From: Tubulanus polymorphus
Taxonomy: Eukaryota > Animalia > Nemertea
Assembly: GCF_964204645.1 (NCBI RefSeq)
Contig: NC_134025.1
Location: forward strand, 30,422,299-30,486,298
Reading direction: 5' to 3'
DNA: 64,000 bases
Shown in pieces: positions 14,904 through 28,000 of this stretch (within the stretch, counting starts at the first letter, position 1; the number at the start of each line of letters is the position of its first letter). The notes beneath the pieces are model-generated. The model ran no database searches, was not told the origin of the DNA, and worked only from the letters and a program-made list of their open reading frames with translations. The position numbers and the translations under genes are program-made.

Positions 14904-15125
14904 TCAGGTGCCCAGTTAACACAGGTACTAGCAGACCTGATCAGGTGCTCACAGGTACCCGGACTTCATCAGGTGCCCAGTTAACACAGGTACCAGCAGA
15001 CCACTTCCGGGGCCCTGATAGCACAGGTACCTGCAAACCTGATCTCGTGCCCACAGGTACCCGCAGACTTCGTCAGGTGCCCACAAGTACCCGCAGACTT
15101 CATCAGGTGCCCTGTTTACAGGTAA
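14904..15125. repeat. Degenerate ~30-bp repeat (TCAGGTGCCC..ACAGGTACC.GCAGAC)
   Basis: About 7 diverged copies. Confidence 0.7.
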
Positions 15126-15576
15126 CAGCAGCCCTCATACCAACGTTTTATCACGTGAGACCTAAGGTTTTCACATTGTTGACTGAAATTCTTTATTTAT
15201 ATGCTTAAGAGAGAGGAGAGAGAGTAGAGGGAAGCGCATGTAGAGACAATAAGAGATATTATCATTATTATTATTATTATGATTATTCGGTTGGCTGTGG
15301 CTGCGCACATGTGTAAATACCAGTGATCAATGATTACACAATGCATAGATCTGACGAATTCATAAAAATGTAGAAAAAATATAACTAAACATTAACAATC
15401 CCAGATACCAATTGAATAGTGCAGGGTTTCATAAAGATTGAATCATTGTCACATGATACACCACACTGGACCAAACCGGACCACACGCTCACCTTGATCG
15501 TCACATTTTAGAAAGCTCGACACTAATTGAGCAAATCCATGTAATTTTCATTTCTAAAACACGACTGTTGTGACGA

Positions 15577-15866
15577 CAACACGTCGTGTCCGCGCTCGGG
15601 CTGCATCACTGGGACAGCAACACGACGTGTCCGCGCTCGGGCTGCATCACTGGGACAGCAACACGTCGTGTCCGCGCTCGGGCTGCATCACTGGGACAGC
15701 AACACGTCGTGTCCGCGCTCGGGCTGCATCACTGGGACAGCAACACGTCGTGTCCGCGCTCGGGCTGCATCACTGGGACAGCAACACGTCGTGTCCGCGC
15801 TCGGGCTGCATCACTGGGACAGCAACACGTCGTGTCCGCGCTCGGGCTGCATCACTGGGACAACAC
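15577..15866. repeat. 41-bp GC-rich near-perfect minisatellite, 7 copies
   Basis: Unit CAACACGTCGTGTCCGCGCTCGGGCTGCATCACTGGGACAG. Confidence 0.95.
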
Positions 15867-16077
15867 CCACTTAACACTACACAAGAAGAGGCCATCGCCG
15901 AACCCATGACCAGTTTAGAACTCCAGTTCAATAGCGAGGTTGTCACGTGGGTTTTATTCCTAATCAATAAAATTGTAATTTGAGCCAACAGAATTCGAGA
16001 ACAAAAAAAACCAGTATACGATAAGTCAATCAATCAATCACCGTTTAAAAAATTACTGCATTTTTTTCATTGATACA

Positions 16078-19000
16078 CTAGATGGCGATACTCCCTTGTC
16101 TTGGTGGGTAATGTCGCTGACTACGCGGAGAGCCATATTGTTGTCTATTGTTATCACGGTTATCATCGTCGCGGCGATCGTCACCGTGGCGACGTGATGA
16201 ATCGTACGAATCGTAGCGATCGTAGTCTCCTCGCGATCGAGAGTCCGTTTTATAATCCCGCGGCATGGCGCGGTGATCGTAATGATCGCGTGTCCTGTGA
16301 TCGCTATGATCGTCGCGATCGTAACCGCCTGATCGGCCGGCGGCCGACGTCGAGTCTCGTTCGTAGTCCCGAGAGACCCGTGTCGTATTTCGGCGTGAAG
16401 GTCGTTCGTTATAAAGGTCGTCATCGTCGTCGTAATCCGCATTCGTCGTCTGCTCATTGTCATAGTTACCATGACGATTACTGTTATACGGAGCACGTTG
16501 CGGGTCACGTTGTCGATTGCGGTTATGTTCAGGTGAATTGTGCTGCTCCGATGGATGACGCTCTAAACTAACCGATCGTTGCTGGGATACCGGCGCTGTG
16601 TTGTGTCTGGATAGCGGTGAATTGACAGCACGAGGTGGTACAGCATCCTGATGATGGTGCGGTGACTGAGCGCTCGTTGGTGGGTGGGTAGCGCGCCAAT
16701 ACGCTTCTAAGAATTCGGCTAAATGTTCGCAGGCATCTTCTAATTGGTTTTCATCTAAGATCACATCAAACAATTCCTACGAAACAACAACGAAATGTTA
16801 TTAGAAAAATACAAATCTAGAATGATATCTAAACCTGACAGACCTGGCGCGGATCTAGAGGGCTTCACGGGGGTCCACAGCCCTGTCTTACTGATTACTT
16901 ACAGGACTACACTGTGCCAGTTTATCGGCTGCTACTAACTGTACATTCATATTTCTACTTTGGGATTTCCCCCTCGATTTTACTAATCGTTGAAGTACCT
17001 GAAATTGACGCAGCGGAAAAAGTAGATAAATAAAATCATGCGGAAAAATCAAATTAGAATCTAACTTCGAATGGCGTGTTGAAACTTACTTTTGGGGAAG
17101 AGATTTTCAAGTATACAACTACAGGGGCCAGCGACGTTTTGGCCAACTGTGAAGGGTGGTTAATAGTATCACAGTCTAACACCACCAATTGTAGTGTGCG
17201 GGCAAGCTCAAATATTCTTTCAATCTCAGCTTGAACTTCGGCTATGAAATGAAAATACATTTGTATAGTAGAGATCGTATTAGACCTTACAGTTACTCCT
17301 CCAAGATAACACTAATCAGTGTTATGGGGATGTACTTTATAGGTATGAATGTTTTCAGATATTTGATATTAACCTATAAACCTAGATCTACTGTTTGAGA
17401 CGAATGTATTTAGGGCCCAGTTTCACGAAAAAGTTTAAGCCTAAAACGGTTAAGTTTGAATTATTGTCCTTATTGAAAACATGAAGTAACTAATAGCAAT
17501 TACACCAAAAATTTGAGTTAAACTTTTTTGTGAAACCGAGCCCAGATTTTAATACTGATCATACGAAGGAGCATGTTTATTTCTATATGGCACTATTCTC
17601 TTTACAGACTGTTTTAATGCTTTACACAATAAACACAGAGTAAATGAAAATGTTTTTAATGTTTAACTATATACGGAACCATTACAACATTTCAATGAAA
17701 AGTGTCATTTGAAGAATTGAATTTTTGATGATTGTTTAAGGAGAATGTTTTTAGGGGAATGTTTTTGACTTACCTATACAACTAGATCTACTATTTGAGC
17801 GTTCCATTATAACGCGTTTACTCGGATTGTTCAATAACGACCTTTTGGCCAGAGATATATCAGCGGTCACTCGGGTTATAGTTATTCTATGAAAAAGAAA
17901 AAAATATGCATTTCATTACCATATACTTCCCTGGATCCAGTTCCACAGTTCTGAGTTAAATTTGACTCCGAGTTAAAACATCGAAATGTACTAACTTTAA
18001 CTCAGAGTTAACTCTAACTCCCAACTGTGAAACTGGGCCCTGAAGTAGAGCGTCTAGGAAATCTATATATGAAATACTTACTTTCCTTCAAATCGATGTT
18101 TAATATAGTCAAAAAGGGCTTTTTGCATCATATCCGTGACTTCATAACCTTTGAGGGAAGGCCCTATTAATACTACTGGTCGCATGGAAGGCACTACTTC
18201 ATAGGGAGAGATATTCTCCGACTGAAAATAGTTACAAAATTCAAAAAGTAATTTCATATTATAATGTATGTATCTGGTATGTATGAATATATATAACAAT
18301 AATATGAAATCAGATGAATAAAATTCAATGATAGCAAAGGGCCCCGTAGACCATTAAATGCAATTAGTGCGATACATAAAATATAATTAAGACGCAACAG
18401 CTTGCTTAAAGAGCATGACTTGCTTATGATCTATCAAATTATATACTTTTTTCAATCAGTAAATATAAGGACATAAGACCCATAGTTTCTGAAAGGGTTT
18501 ACGCAGAGTTCAAGACAGAACTGACAGCAGGAACTGCGCTAGGAGCGGCAGTAGCCGTCACAGGATGAACCTGAGAAGCCTCATCGAAGCAGTCATAGGA
18601 GCCCTCGGTGCTAAAAAAACTTGTTAAATGCAGAATTGTTTAATCGCACTTTTAAAACATGCAAAATACGGACAGTAGAAAGAATGAATGATTAAATACC
18701 TAAATAAAGTAGTAATAATCAAGCAAAAAAGCAAATACATGTAAAGAATGAAAATAATTTTTTGGTAAATGATAAAAGTGATGGAATTTTTGATGAAAAG
18801 AGCTGACAGTAGACGATATATCTGACATCGAAGCTTATAGATTTAACTAATAACAATTATATAAATATATGAATGAGATGTAGAGTAAAATTCAGGCAAA
18901 TATCATGTGGCAAAAAGCTTTGATGAAATAATTTTATTCTCATTTGATTCTACCTTTCCTTGTGCAGGAAGTGGAGGAGGAGTTGGTGGTTGTGGTTGAC

Positions 19001-22000
19001 CCTTGAAAACATTGAATCAACACATAGAAATATTCTTCAAAAATCAAAACTGAATGCAAAATAATAATAAACAGTAACATAAAATTATAAACAGTTTCAC
19101 TGAAGCTCATGTTAGATGCTAATGTTTTGATGCTCTCATTTGTGGTGCACCTCATCCAAGAATTTGATGCGATTATTATCCTATGAACTTTAATAATTCC
19201 TAAAGCGAACAGGTATAAAAGCCCACACTATAAACCGATCTACTGCATGTAGTTACTGAAGGTAAGGTCTGAAACCTGGACCAAGTTGAAATTGAAAATG
19301 AACTAATTCTTACATCAAAATTAAGGGGGCCACAACTAAGGGTCCAGTGACCAGGTTGCAAAGCCAAGGCCTAGGTTTAAAACTAGTTTAAGTTTTTTGG
19401 TTCTATAACCGATCTAATAATTTAGGACCAGTCTGAGCTCATTTTGTTCCTATAATCGATCTGATGACAGGACCTGTCTAAGCTCAATTTGGTTCTATAT
19501 CCAATCTAACAACATGAACGAACTGAAGCCATGACTGTACAGCAGGGCCTTAATATTGTTCAGACTCCAATCAATTCATTATTTGGAGCACCAGCAAAAG
19601 TTCTTCAATAACTTATGACATCATGTTTGTTATATCCAACACATGCAACTACATAAATAATATACCAACAAAAACACGACTTCAGTTGTTTATTGATGTC
19701 TCTCACCTTTTTGAAAAATGGTTTTCTCTTTTCTTTGGCTGGTGGTGTAATACTAGTTTTACTAGTTTTTGCATTTCCTAAACTGTCACTGTCCTCACCG
19801 ACATTACTATCCAAACCATTCTGATCCACATCTAAACCTTCAAAAGCAAATATTCATTTAATTTAACATCAAAATCACATTTCATCGATATTAAGCAAAT
19901 GAAAATCTTATTCTTATTTTAAGGTTATATTTTGTTATGGATAGTAAGATGTTTCGAATATTTTGATTAGGTACAATCTGAAATATTGCTGCGTTCATGA
20001 ATTAAGCAGGGCTTCTCTGATTACGATATTGTTCTCAATAATTAAATTATTGACAGCAAATTTATACATAAATAATATATTAACAGGTAGAGATAGAGGT
20101 TATAGACAGCAGCAGCAGCAGTAGTTGCAGCTGTCTGTTACTACAAATTAGATATAATATATAACCTGTATGCATGAAATAAATACGTATTCACACTTTG
20201 TAGTTACAGTAATCTGATACATATATTTAGATATATATATTTAATCCTTATCAAAATATTATTTCATTTCATCAATTATTTATCATATTTCAGTAAGAGT
20301 AAAATAGAGCAGTTTCCATTTTGATAAATCGAGCAGATTTTCTCATGAAACCTCGATGATAAAATACTTCTCAATGTTCACGAGTCTCCGAGTTTATTTG
20401 CTTAAAACGACGAAAACGTTTCAATTTATTCCTCTGTTCAGATAAATGAAAAACTGCTCGAAAAATCGGGGATCGTAAACATGCGAGGAGAGGATTGCTA
20501 CGACGGGACATCTCACCTGGAGTTGGAGGGGTTGAACCCCGGGAATTCGAAGACTTCGAATTGGACAGTAAATTGTCTATGTTGGTTTGTGAGGTGTTAG
20601 TTTTACTGCAATAAAATGGAAAAATATACAAAGATCGGTTAGTAATAGGTAAAACTATAGAGCAAGGATCGAGCAAGGGGCGAGCGGGGGGCGAGCGAGG
20701 GTTTCATCGCAGCCAAAAACCACTGTTTATATCAGTACAAACTAAAGGCATTAACGAACAATAGTTAGCAACTATCTGTCTCTCTCTCTCTCTCCTCTCT
20801 CCTCCCTCCTCTCCCTCTCTCTCTCTCTCTCTCTCTCCCTCCTCTCTCTGTCTCTCTCTGACTGAGTGAAGAGAGTTGTAACTGGGCTTCAATCAATGGT
20901 TTACTTTCCCTCCTACTATAATTCAGTAATCTGATTAAAATAATGCCCCATTTCTAACCAAATGGACAACATGGTCTCATCACATGTCAATTCATTCAAC
21001 TACTACTCGAGCGAATGCCCGTATGAGGTGAACGCCCGTATGAAGTGAACGCCCGTATGAGGTGAGTGCCCGTATGAAGTGAACGCCCATATGAGGTGAG
21101 CACCCGTATGAGGTAAGTACCCGTATGAGATGAACGCCCGTATGAGGTAGGCGCCCATATGCTCTAGTGATAGAGCACATACTGTAGACATGAGGATGCC
21201 AAGAATAATCACGTCGCTATGGTAACCATCAGTCAACACTATGATGCTGGTAGAGAGTGAGAGTAAAATACAGCGAGAGTCTCTCATTCTCCCTCTCACT
21301 GTCTCTCTCTAATTCACTCATTAGTGTTTTCAATATAAGACAATATTGGTTCTCAATATCACCAATATCAGATACTATACGTACGCTTAATCACAATTTA
21401 TATTCAACTAGTTTTTTATATTCAATATTATTTTTTTTACCCTGTAATTTTTGAATTTCCTCAGGTCCATGCTCCAATAATACCCGCATCGTGTCTACAT
21501 ATTAGATGTATATAGAAATATGGATTTTATACCCGAGGTCTGAAGAATTATCGCTCAAATCTTAAGTAATTCCCTACCCGAACCTCTCTGTCCCAGTATT
21601 CAAATGATTTTAATAATCGTTCTACTACGTCATACAAGGCACTATACACTTCATGATCCGATCCTATTTCAGTGAGGGGTTTAATAGAAAAGACGTAAGT
21701 GTTTGTTAGGAGGGTAGTAGGACACATGCGCCGGGCCCCGGACAGGAGATCTATAAATACACGGTGGGTGGTTTCAAGCGGAACCCTATAAACCGCACCC
21801 TGCCGGTATTCTCAAACTAATACTCATTGATTATATTTATACCTGCGACAGATATTGGAGTTTGCGGAGATTGTTGTCTGTAAATAATAAACTATCATTA
21901 ACTTCATATCATTTATCACAGGAGTCACGAGAAGAGTGAATGATACAGGGTCTCGCCCGCACCCAGAGAGGGATTGCTTCACTCCTCACGAATCCACCCT

Positions 22001-25000
22001 TTAAAACCATGTGTTTCATTCATTCTCACATCTCGCCTTCGTTCAAATGTAAATGTAAAACATCTCATCGGCTGAAACTCGTCGCATTATTTAAATCAAA
22101 GCCATTTTCTACCATTCTGACCTGCTGCGTCGTTGCCATGGCAACCGAAATTACCCGGAATAGCGAGCATAAGGCATACACGAGACGACCTTGACATTTT
22201 TCGCAAGCCCGTCAGTCTTTTTATCCTATATTTGAGCAGATTTTTTCGGGTCTAATTTGGATCAAACGTAGCCAGAGTTGCACAGTTTCCGAGTCAACAG
22301 TTAACTATGTATAGATCAGGGGTCAGTTGCTCAAAAGTTGGTTAAAGATAACCGGCCGTTAAATACCACAGTAATAATGAACTTTCAATTGTCAACATAT
22401 CAACTATCCACCGGTTAACTCTAACCAACTTTTGAGCAACCGGCCCCTGACATGTGAAGGTGATTGTTCGGGTAAATGTGGGGTAAATGAAACTTACGGT
22501 GAGTATAACTTTCCGGTTTTACCCGTCGTAGTTTGCTGCATTTTCAGGTTATCTAGTTTGGTCGGACTCGGTATATATCCGACATCGCATCCTTCTTTTA
22601 CTAATCGCCCGATCCACCAGTCATTATTGAATTTCTATACGACGAAAAAATAATAACGACGACCATGACAACATTAACAATTCATAGCAGACGACTTACA
22701 GTAAAACATCGGCAAAACTGAGAATCGGAAAAATAAGATCAGAGGAAATCAGAATGAGTTATTCATTAGACAGGGGTCCAGTTGATCAAATAGTGATTAC
22801 ATTCGACCATCGGATAGATACAAGTCACAATTCAGTTTTAATTGTCAATGGTTTTTTAAAAGTTTTTTTTTTGGATCTTGAAATAGGAATTGTTACTCGG
22901 GCGAGGTTTACTGTATATAAAACATGGGGGGGAGGATGAAATACCTCTTTTATATGTAAGAAATCTTTACTGTATATAAAACATGGGGGGGGGGGAGGAT
23001 GAAATACCTCTTTTATATGTAAGAAATCTTTACTGTATATAAAACATGGGGGGGGGAGGATGAAATACCTCTTTTATATGTAAGAAATCTTTACTGTATA
23101 TAAAACATGGGGGGGAGGATGAAATACCTCTTTTATATGTAAGAAATCTTTACTGTATATAAAACATGGGGAGGAGGATAAAATACCTCTTTTATATGTA
23201 AGAAATCTTTACTGTATATAAAACATGGGGGGGAGGATGAAATACCTCTTTTATATGTAAGAAATCTTTAACTGCGAATGATACAGCACAGCCATGTACC
23301 GGAGAATCATCATCCAATGAACCATCATAAGCTACATTTGTTCGTACGGCAAACGCTACTGGTTTTGTCTGAAATAAGAAAATAATCATCAGTTGATTAA
23401 ATTACAGTAAAATGAATAATTGACATCCAAAATGTTTCCTAGATTAGAGGAAAATCAATCAAATTCAACAGGGAGGTGGTGGGGGCGATAAGACCTGCTA
23501 GCAACCTTGGAGGTGGTGGAGGTAGGGGGGGGGGGCGATAAGACCTGCTAGCAACCTGTCAGTTCAGTTCTCTGAATCCAAGACAAGCAGATATATTCAG
23601 CGATGTTATTAACAAATCGAAAATACACAATTCCTTATTTGGGACGCAAAACAACAGTTTAACGGGGACTTTCATTCATTGCAAAGTATCGAATCATTTT
23701 CAGAGACTTTATCGTATGTAGTTAAGCTTCATGGTTCATTGAAATAATGCTCGTTATAAGCAGCGTCAGGGTTTGGTATGATGGCAGATTAATTGGGATT
23801 AGTCACTGGTCTGTTGGGTATGATTCTATATATACAGATCATATACGAGATTCTTATATGATAAAATCACGCATGAAAAACAAGTGCAAAACGTTTCGTT
23901 GATATTCTGTAGTTTCAATTATATCCTGATTGTCATCTTCAGGAATAACTAACGTTAGATATATAAGTATTGGATTGTAGACGTCTTATACATTTGTTGT
24001 AAAATTGTATGTTGAAGATAACTTATAGTCTAATAGTTGCCGGTGAGATGAATAACAAACACGACTGTCGGACTCAAAAAGACGATGAGATTCTTACTCT
24101 AGCCTTCTCTAATTGCAGTCTAGCCTGACTCTCTGTCTCTCTTCGCAATGCCTCCCTATCTTCATCTAGCGACAAGTCTGAAGATGGTTGACTGTAATTG
24201 GAATCTGCAGAACCCTGTTAACGAAACAAAAATATTCATTTTAAACATCGGACAAATTTCGGCGACGTTTCTACAAATCGTATCGGTTGAATCCGATAGT
24301 TCCCTCGTTGGATCTGACGGAAAATTCTTCTGTTTCTAAATAAAAACTGTTTATTTTAAACACGTGAATCTAAGATATCTCTTTCTACAGTTCGCGAAAA
24401 CTCAACATTTCACACATTTTTCAGTGAAGTTTGTCTAGTATAAAACACACTGTGAGCAGCAGCACTACCTCTACCGATGATCACGAGTGATCACGAGTGA
24501 TCACGAGTGCTGGTCTTTACCTTCCCTAAATCGATGCCATTCTCAACTACTTTACGTGTAATAGTTTTATCAGTTACCATCCTGCAACCGCTCGAATCAC
24601 CAGCCTCATTTCAATTAAGAGAAAAATTAGATGATTAGTATCGTTAATGTTTGACTCAATTTTACAATTTTAACAGTTCTTGAAAATTCTCATGCGCAGG
24701 CAGAGCATTAGTATCAAAACAGCAACACTATTTATGATGGGCGTCGGTCGACTTGTGACGCAATCCTGGGAATGATCACTAAATAACAACAGTGTGTGAA
24801 TAGTCTCTCTCGATCACGAGATATCATAATTCATTGCAGTGAATTTATTTCGATATTTGCATCGATACGAGAGTTATTTCTAGAGATAAGCCGCGATTGA
24901 TCATTATTTAGAAATTCCCGGATGTTGAAGAGTCACTCGGTATTTATCAAGGAATGAGAATAATTTGTGAAATCCGACCCTCGACGCAGCAGCCATTTCT

Positions 25001-28000
25001 AATGAATAAATAACTAAAAACAGTAAACTGATATAATATATAATCAACCAGTATTGATCGCACTGTTCTCGGTTCTCGTCCATCTAAATTTCATGCACAT
25101 TTTTTTTTGACGTCACGTTTTTATTTTTGAAGAAAAAACCCGGCGATATATTATTAGAAATGCGATATTAAAAGCGGAATAATTCCACGGAATTTGACGT
25201 CACGCGAGATTGAAATTTCCTAGAATACTATTAAAAACACCTGTCACATCGACTAACAGCTGTTTAGAGGAATCACTCACTCTCCGCTCACCGCTGCTGG
25301 CCCCTGATATTAAAACTATAAAATATTCCATAAATTCAACAATTCAAACAATCTTCCTTGAATGTTGTGTATATTGCGTATACCCGCCCACACATGATGT
25401 AAATAGACTGAGAATCAGGGGTGGATCCCACTCGTAGTACGGTTGATCCATCGCGCTGACGTCACGATCTATTTTCATCTAATTCATCCATTTATAGAAA
25501 ATCAATCGGAATTTTTTCCAATCAGTGAAATCATTGAGATATTGATCAAACATAGAATCGATGTCTCCGGGCGGATTGAGAAAATTTAAAAGGAAGCCAT
25601 TAGAAATAAAGTCTAGCCGATGTCTTCCCTCGGCGCTAGAAAACAAATACAGTCGAAAAAAGTCACTTACGGGCGCAAGGCAGGGCTGTGGAGCCCCAAA
25701 AATAGATTTTGGGAGTTAAAAATAAAGAGTGAATTTACAGAATTTTTGGTATAAATTGCAGATGTACAAAATTGGAAACGTGAACCGGTAGCAAACGACT
25801 GATCGGTTTTTTTTTAGGGGGAGAGGGGCGTGCTTTAACGACCATGTGGTCATTCTTTAATGAAATTTGCCACAGATGTTGTCTCTAATTCATTTAAATA
25901 TTTCATCGATTGCGGATGGAATTTGAATCCGAAACTGATAACAATCACTAAAAATAAGTAGCAATTTATTCATTTCCGATATCAGAATTTTTTAACTCCT
26001 TTCACTAATTAAAAAATTCCTCCAGTTTTTCAGCATTTTTTTATCAAAAACTGGCCTTGAATCTCAAACACTAGAACTCTTGTTTCAGTGGTCACAATGA
26101 TGAATTTTCACATAACAAGGTATAATTACATAAGCAATAACTGATCACAATCTGTGCAGGGGGTGGTACCATGAAACTTTATCACACAACTTGTGTATTA
26201 ATTCTGAGCTATATATGGCAGACCGGGAATCAGAAATATTCTAACAGAAACTCTCCTTCAATTCTTCACTTATTTTCATAGATCTTTCACAATTTTTTCA
26301 GACGCTTATTTTTTAAAAATTTTTTACACTTGACCGCTGTTCTTTACCATATCATATTTGTTAGTTTTACCTAGTGACAATATCACTAAATCAGGATTAC
26401 GCATATATACATATATATATATATACATTAGGCCATAAATTTGTTAAAATTCCAACCTAATATACATATATATATAATAAAACATGTGACTATATGAAAC
26501 ATGAATAAGCATGATTAAATCTAGTATTCGGGATCAATATGGAATTTTTGTGTCACATCTGTATTTCGCCTCTACTTGAAAATATCATATTCATTCGATA
26601 TATAGAAATACGTATAACTGAAATAATAAAAAAACACACAGTCAGCGGCGGTCGTCCAGGGGTAAAAAACAGTTTAATCACGACGTAAATAATACTTCAG
26701 TTCGTAGATATGGAAAATCTATATGAAATTCAGTGTCATTCATATACAAACTGGCAACAATATCAAATACCGCACTAACAATAGAAATTATCAAAAATAT
26801 TTCCGAGAGCCGGTAATTGTTTCCATATTTCGACTATACGCTTAGAAGTGTAGATATTCTGAGTTCCTGAAGATGACTTATTAGGATAGAGTCGAAAATG
26901 TATATTACTATAATTGAATGATAAACCAGAATTGAAAATGGATCAGAATTGAGTCGAAACTTCGAATAATCTCTTAATTTTCTTCATATTGTGGGTTTTT
27001 CTTCAAAATCCGAACTCTGAATAAATGATCGGCTCAAGGAAACATTTCGGTGCCTTTTTATTCTGCGTGCGGGGTTTGAACACAAAACTGAAGAGTGTTT
27101 CATGTCGATGAATGAAGTCTTACCAACAACGAACTGTCGACTGAGTCTATATCAGTGGTTTCTTTCACGGTCATCATTGAGACTAATTATTCCATTAATC
27201 CGCGCGATTATCACCACTCTGACCGACTATTAATCCCAGATATCAAACACACAAAAAATCCGATTCAAACGGGAAAGAGTTGAGAGAGTAAGAGTGTGGA
27301 TTATATAAACACTACTCTACGATCTAATGAACAATACGTAATAGATATATCTCCCTCTCTCGTGCTACATCATTGATTATAATTCGGATGGCGCTGCTGC
27401 TGCTGCTGCCGGTGCCATTATTACCGAAACGATCAGAATGATTCACATGAATTCCCGACAGACCGCGACAAAGTAACGATAGTTTCAAAACCTCCGAGAT
27501 CTAACTATAACTATGTAAAAATATTCCCGATTCGTCTTCAAACGCTGCTGGTGCTGCTGCTGCTGCTGGTGCTGCTGCTGGTGCTGTATCGTGTTAATAG
27601 AATCATCAATAATGATGGATGGCTCCACGCGCGACCAGCATCCAGTATGTGTCAGTGTGTATAGCTGTATGACGACGACAGACTGTTCACTGTTATATCG
27701 ATGTCATAGCTCGCTCTCTGGCGTACTGACGCTGCTGCTGCTGCTGCTCGCCGCACCGCAGCTGCTGCTGCTGCTACCGCTGTAGTTTCAGCTGCTGCTG
27801 CTGCTATGGCGATCGGTACCACGCTGCACAACAGTGTGTCACATTATAACACATGACAAATACAGTGGATTGAAACAGGGGCGAGTGAAAACTATGAGTG
27901 GATCCACTGAATGGATCCACCCGTCGTACGCTGAATGCATCCACCCGTACGCTGAATGGGTCCACCCATACACTGAGTGGATCCACCCATACGCTGAATG

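Noticed and set aside
16053-16571. Alternative-frame and antisense ORFs over the CACNB last exon (similarly 5116-6229 and 54689-55505)
   Set aside because: Expected shadows of GC-rich low-complexity coding exons; no independent gene signals.
21183-21247. Possible CACNB exon after a long pyrimidine tract (ctaccag|...ACA|gtatgt)
   Set aside because: The only open reading is phase 2 to 0, which fits no neighbouring exon combination I could build.
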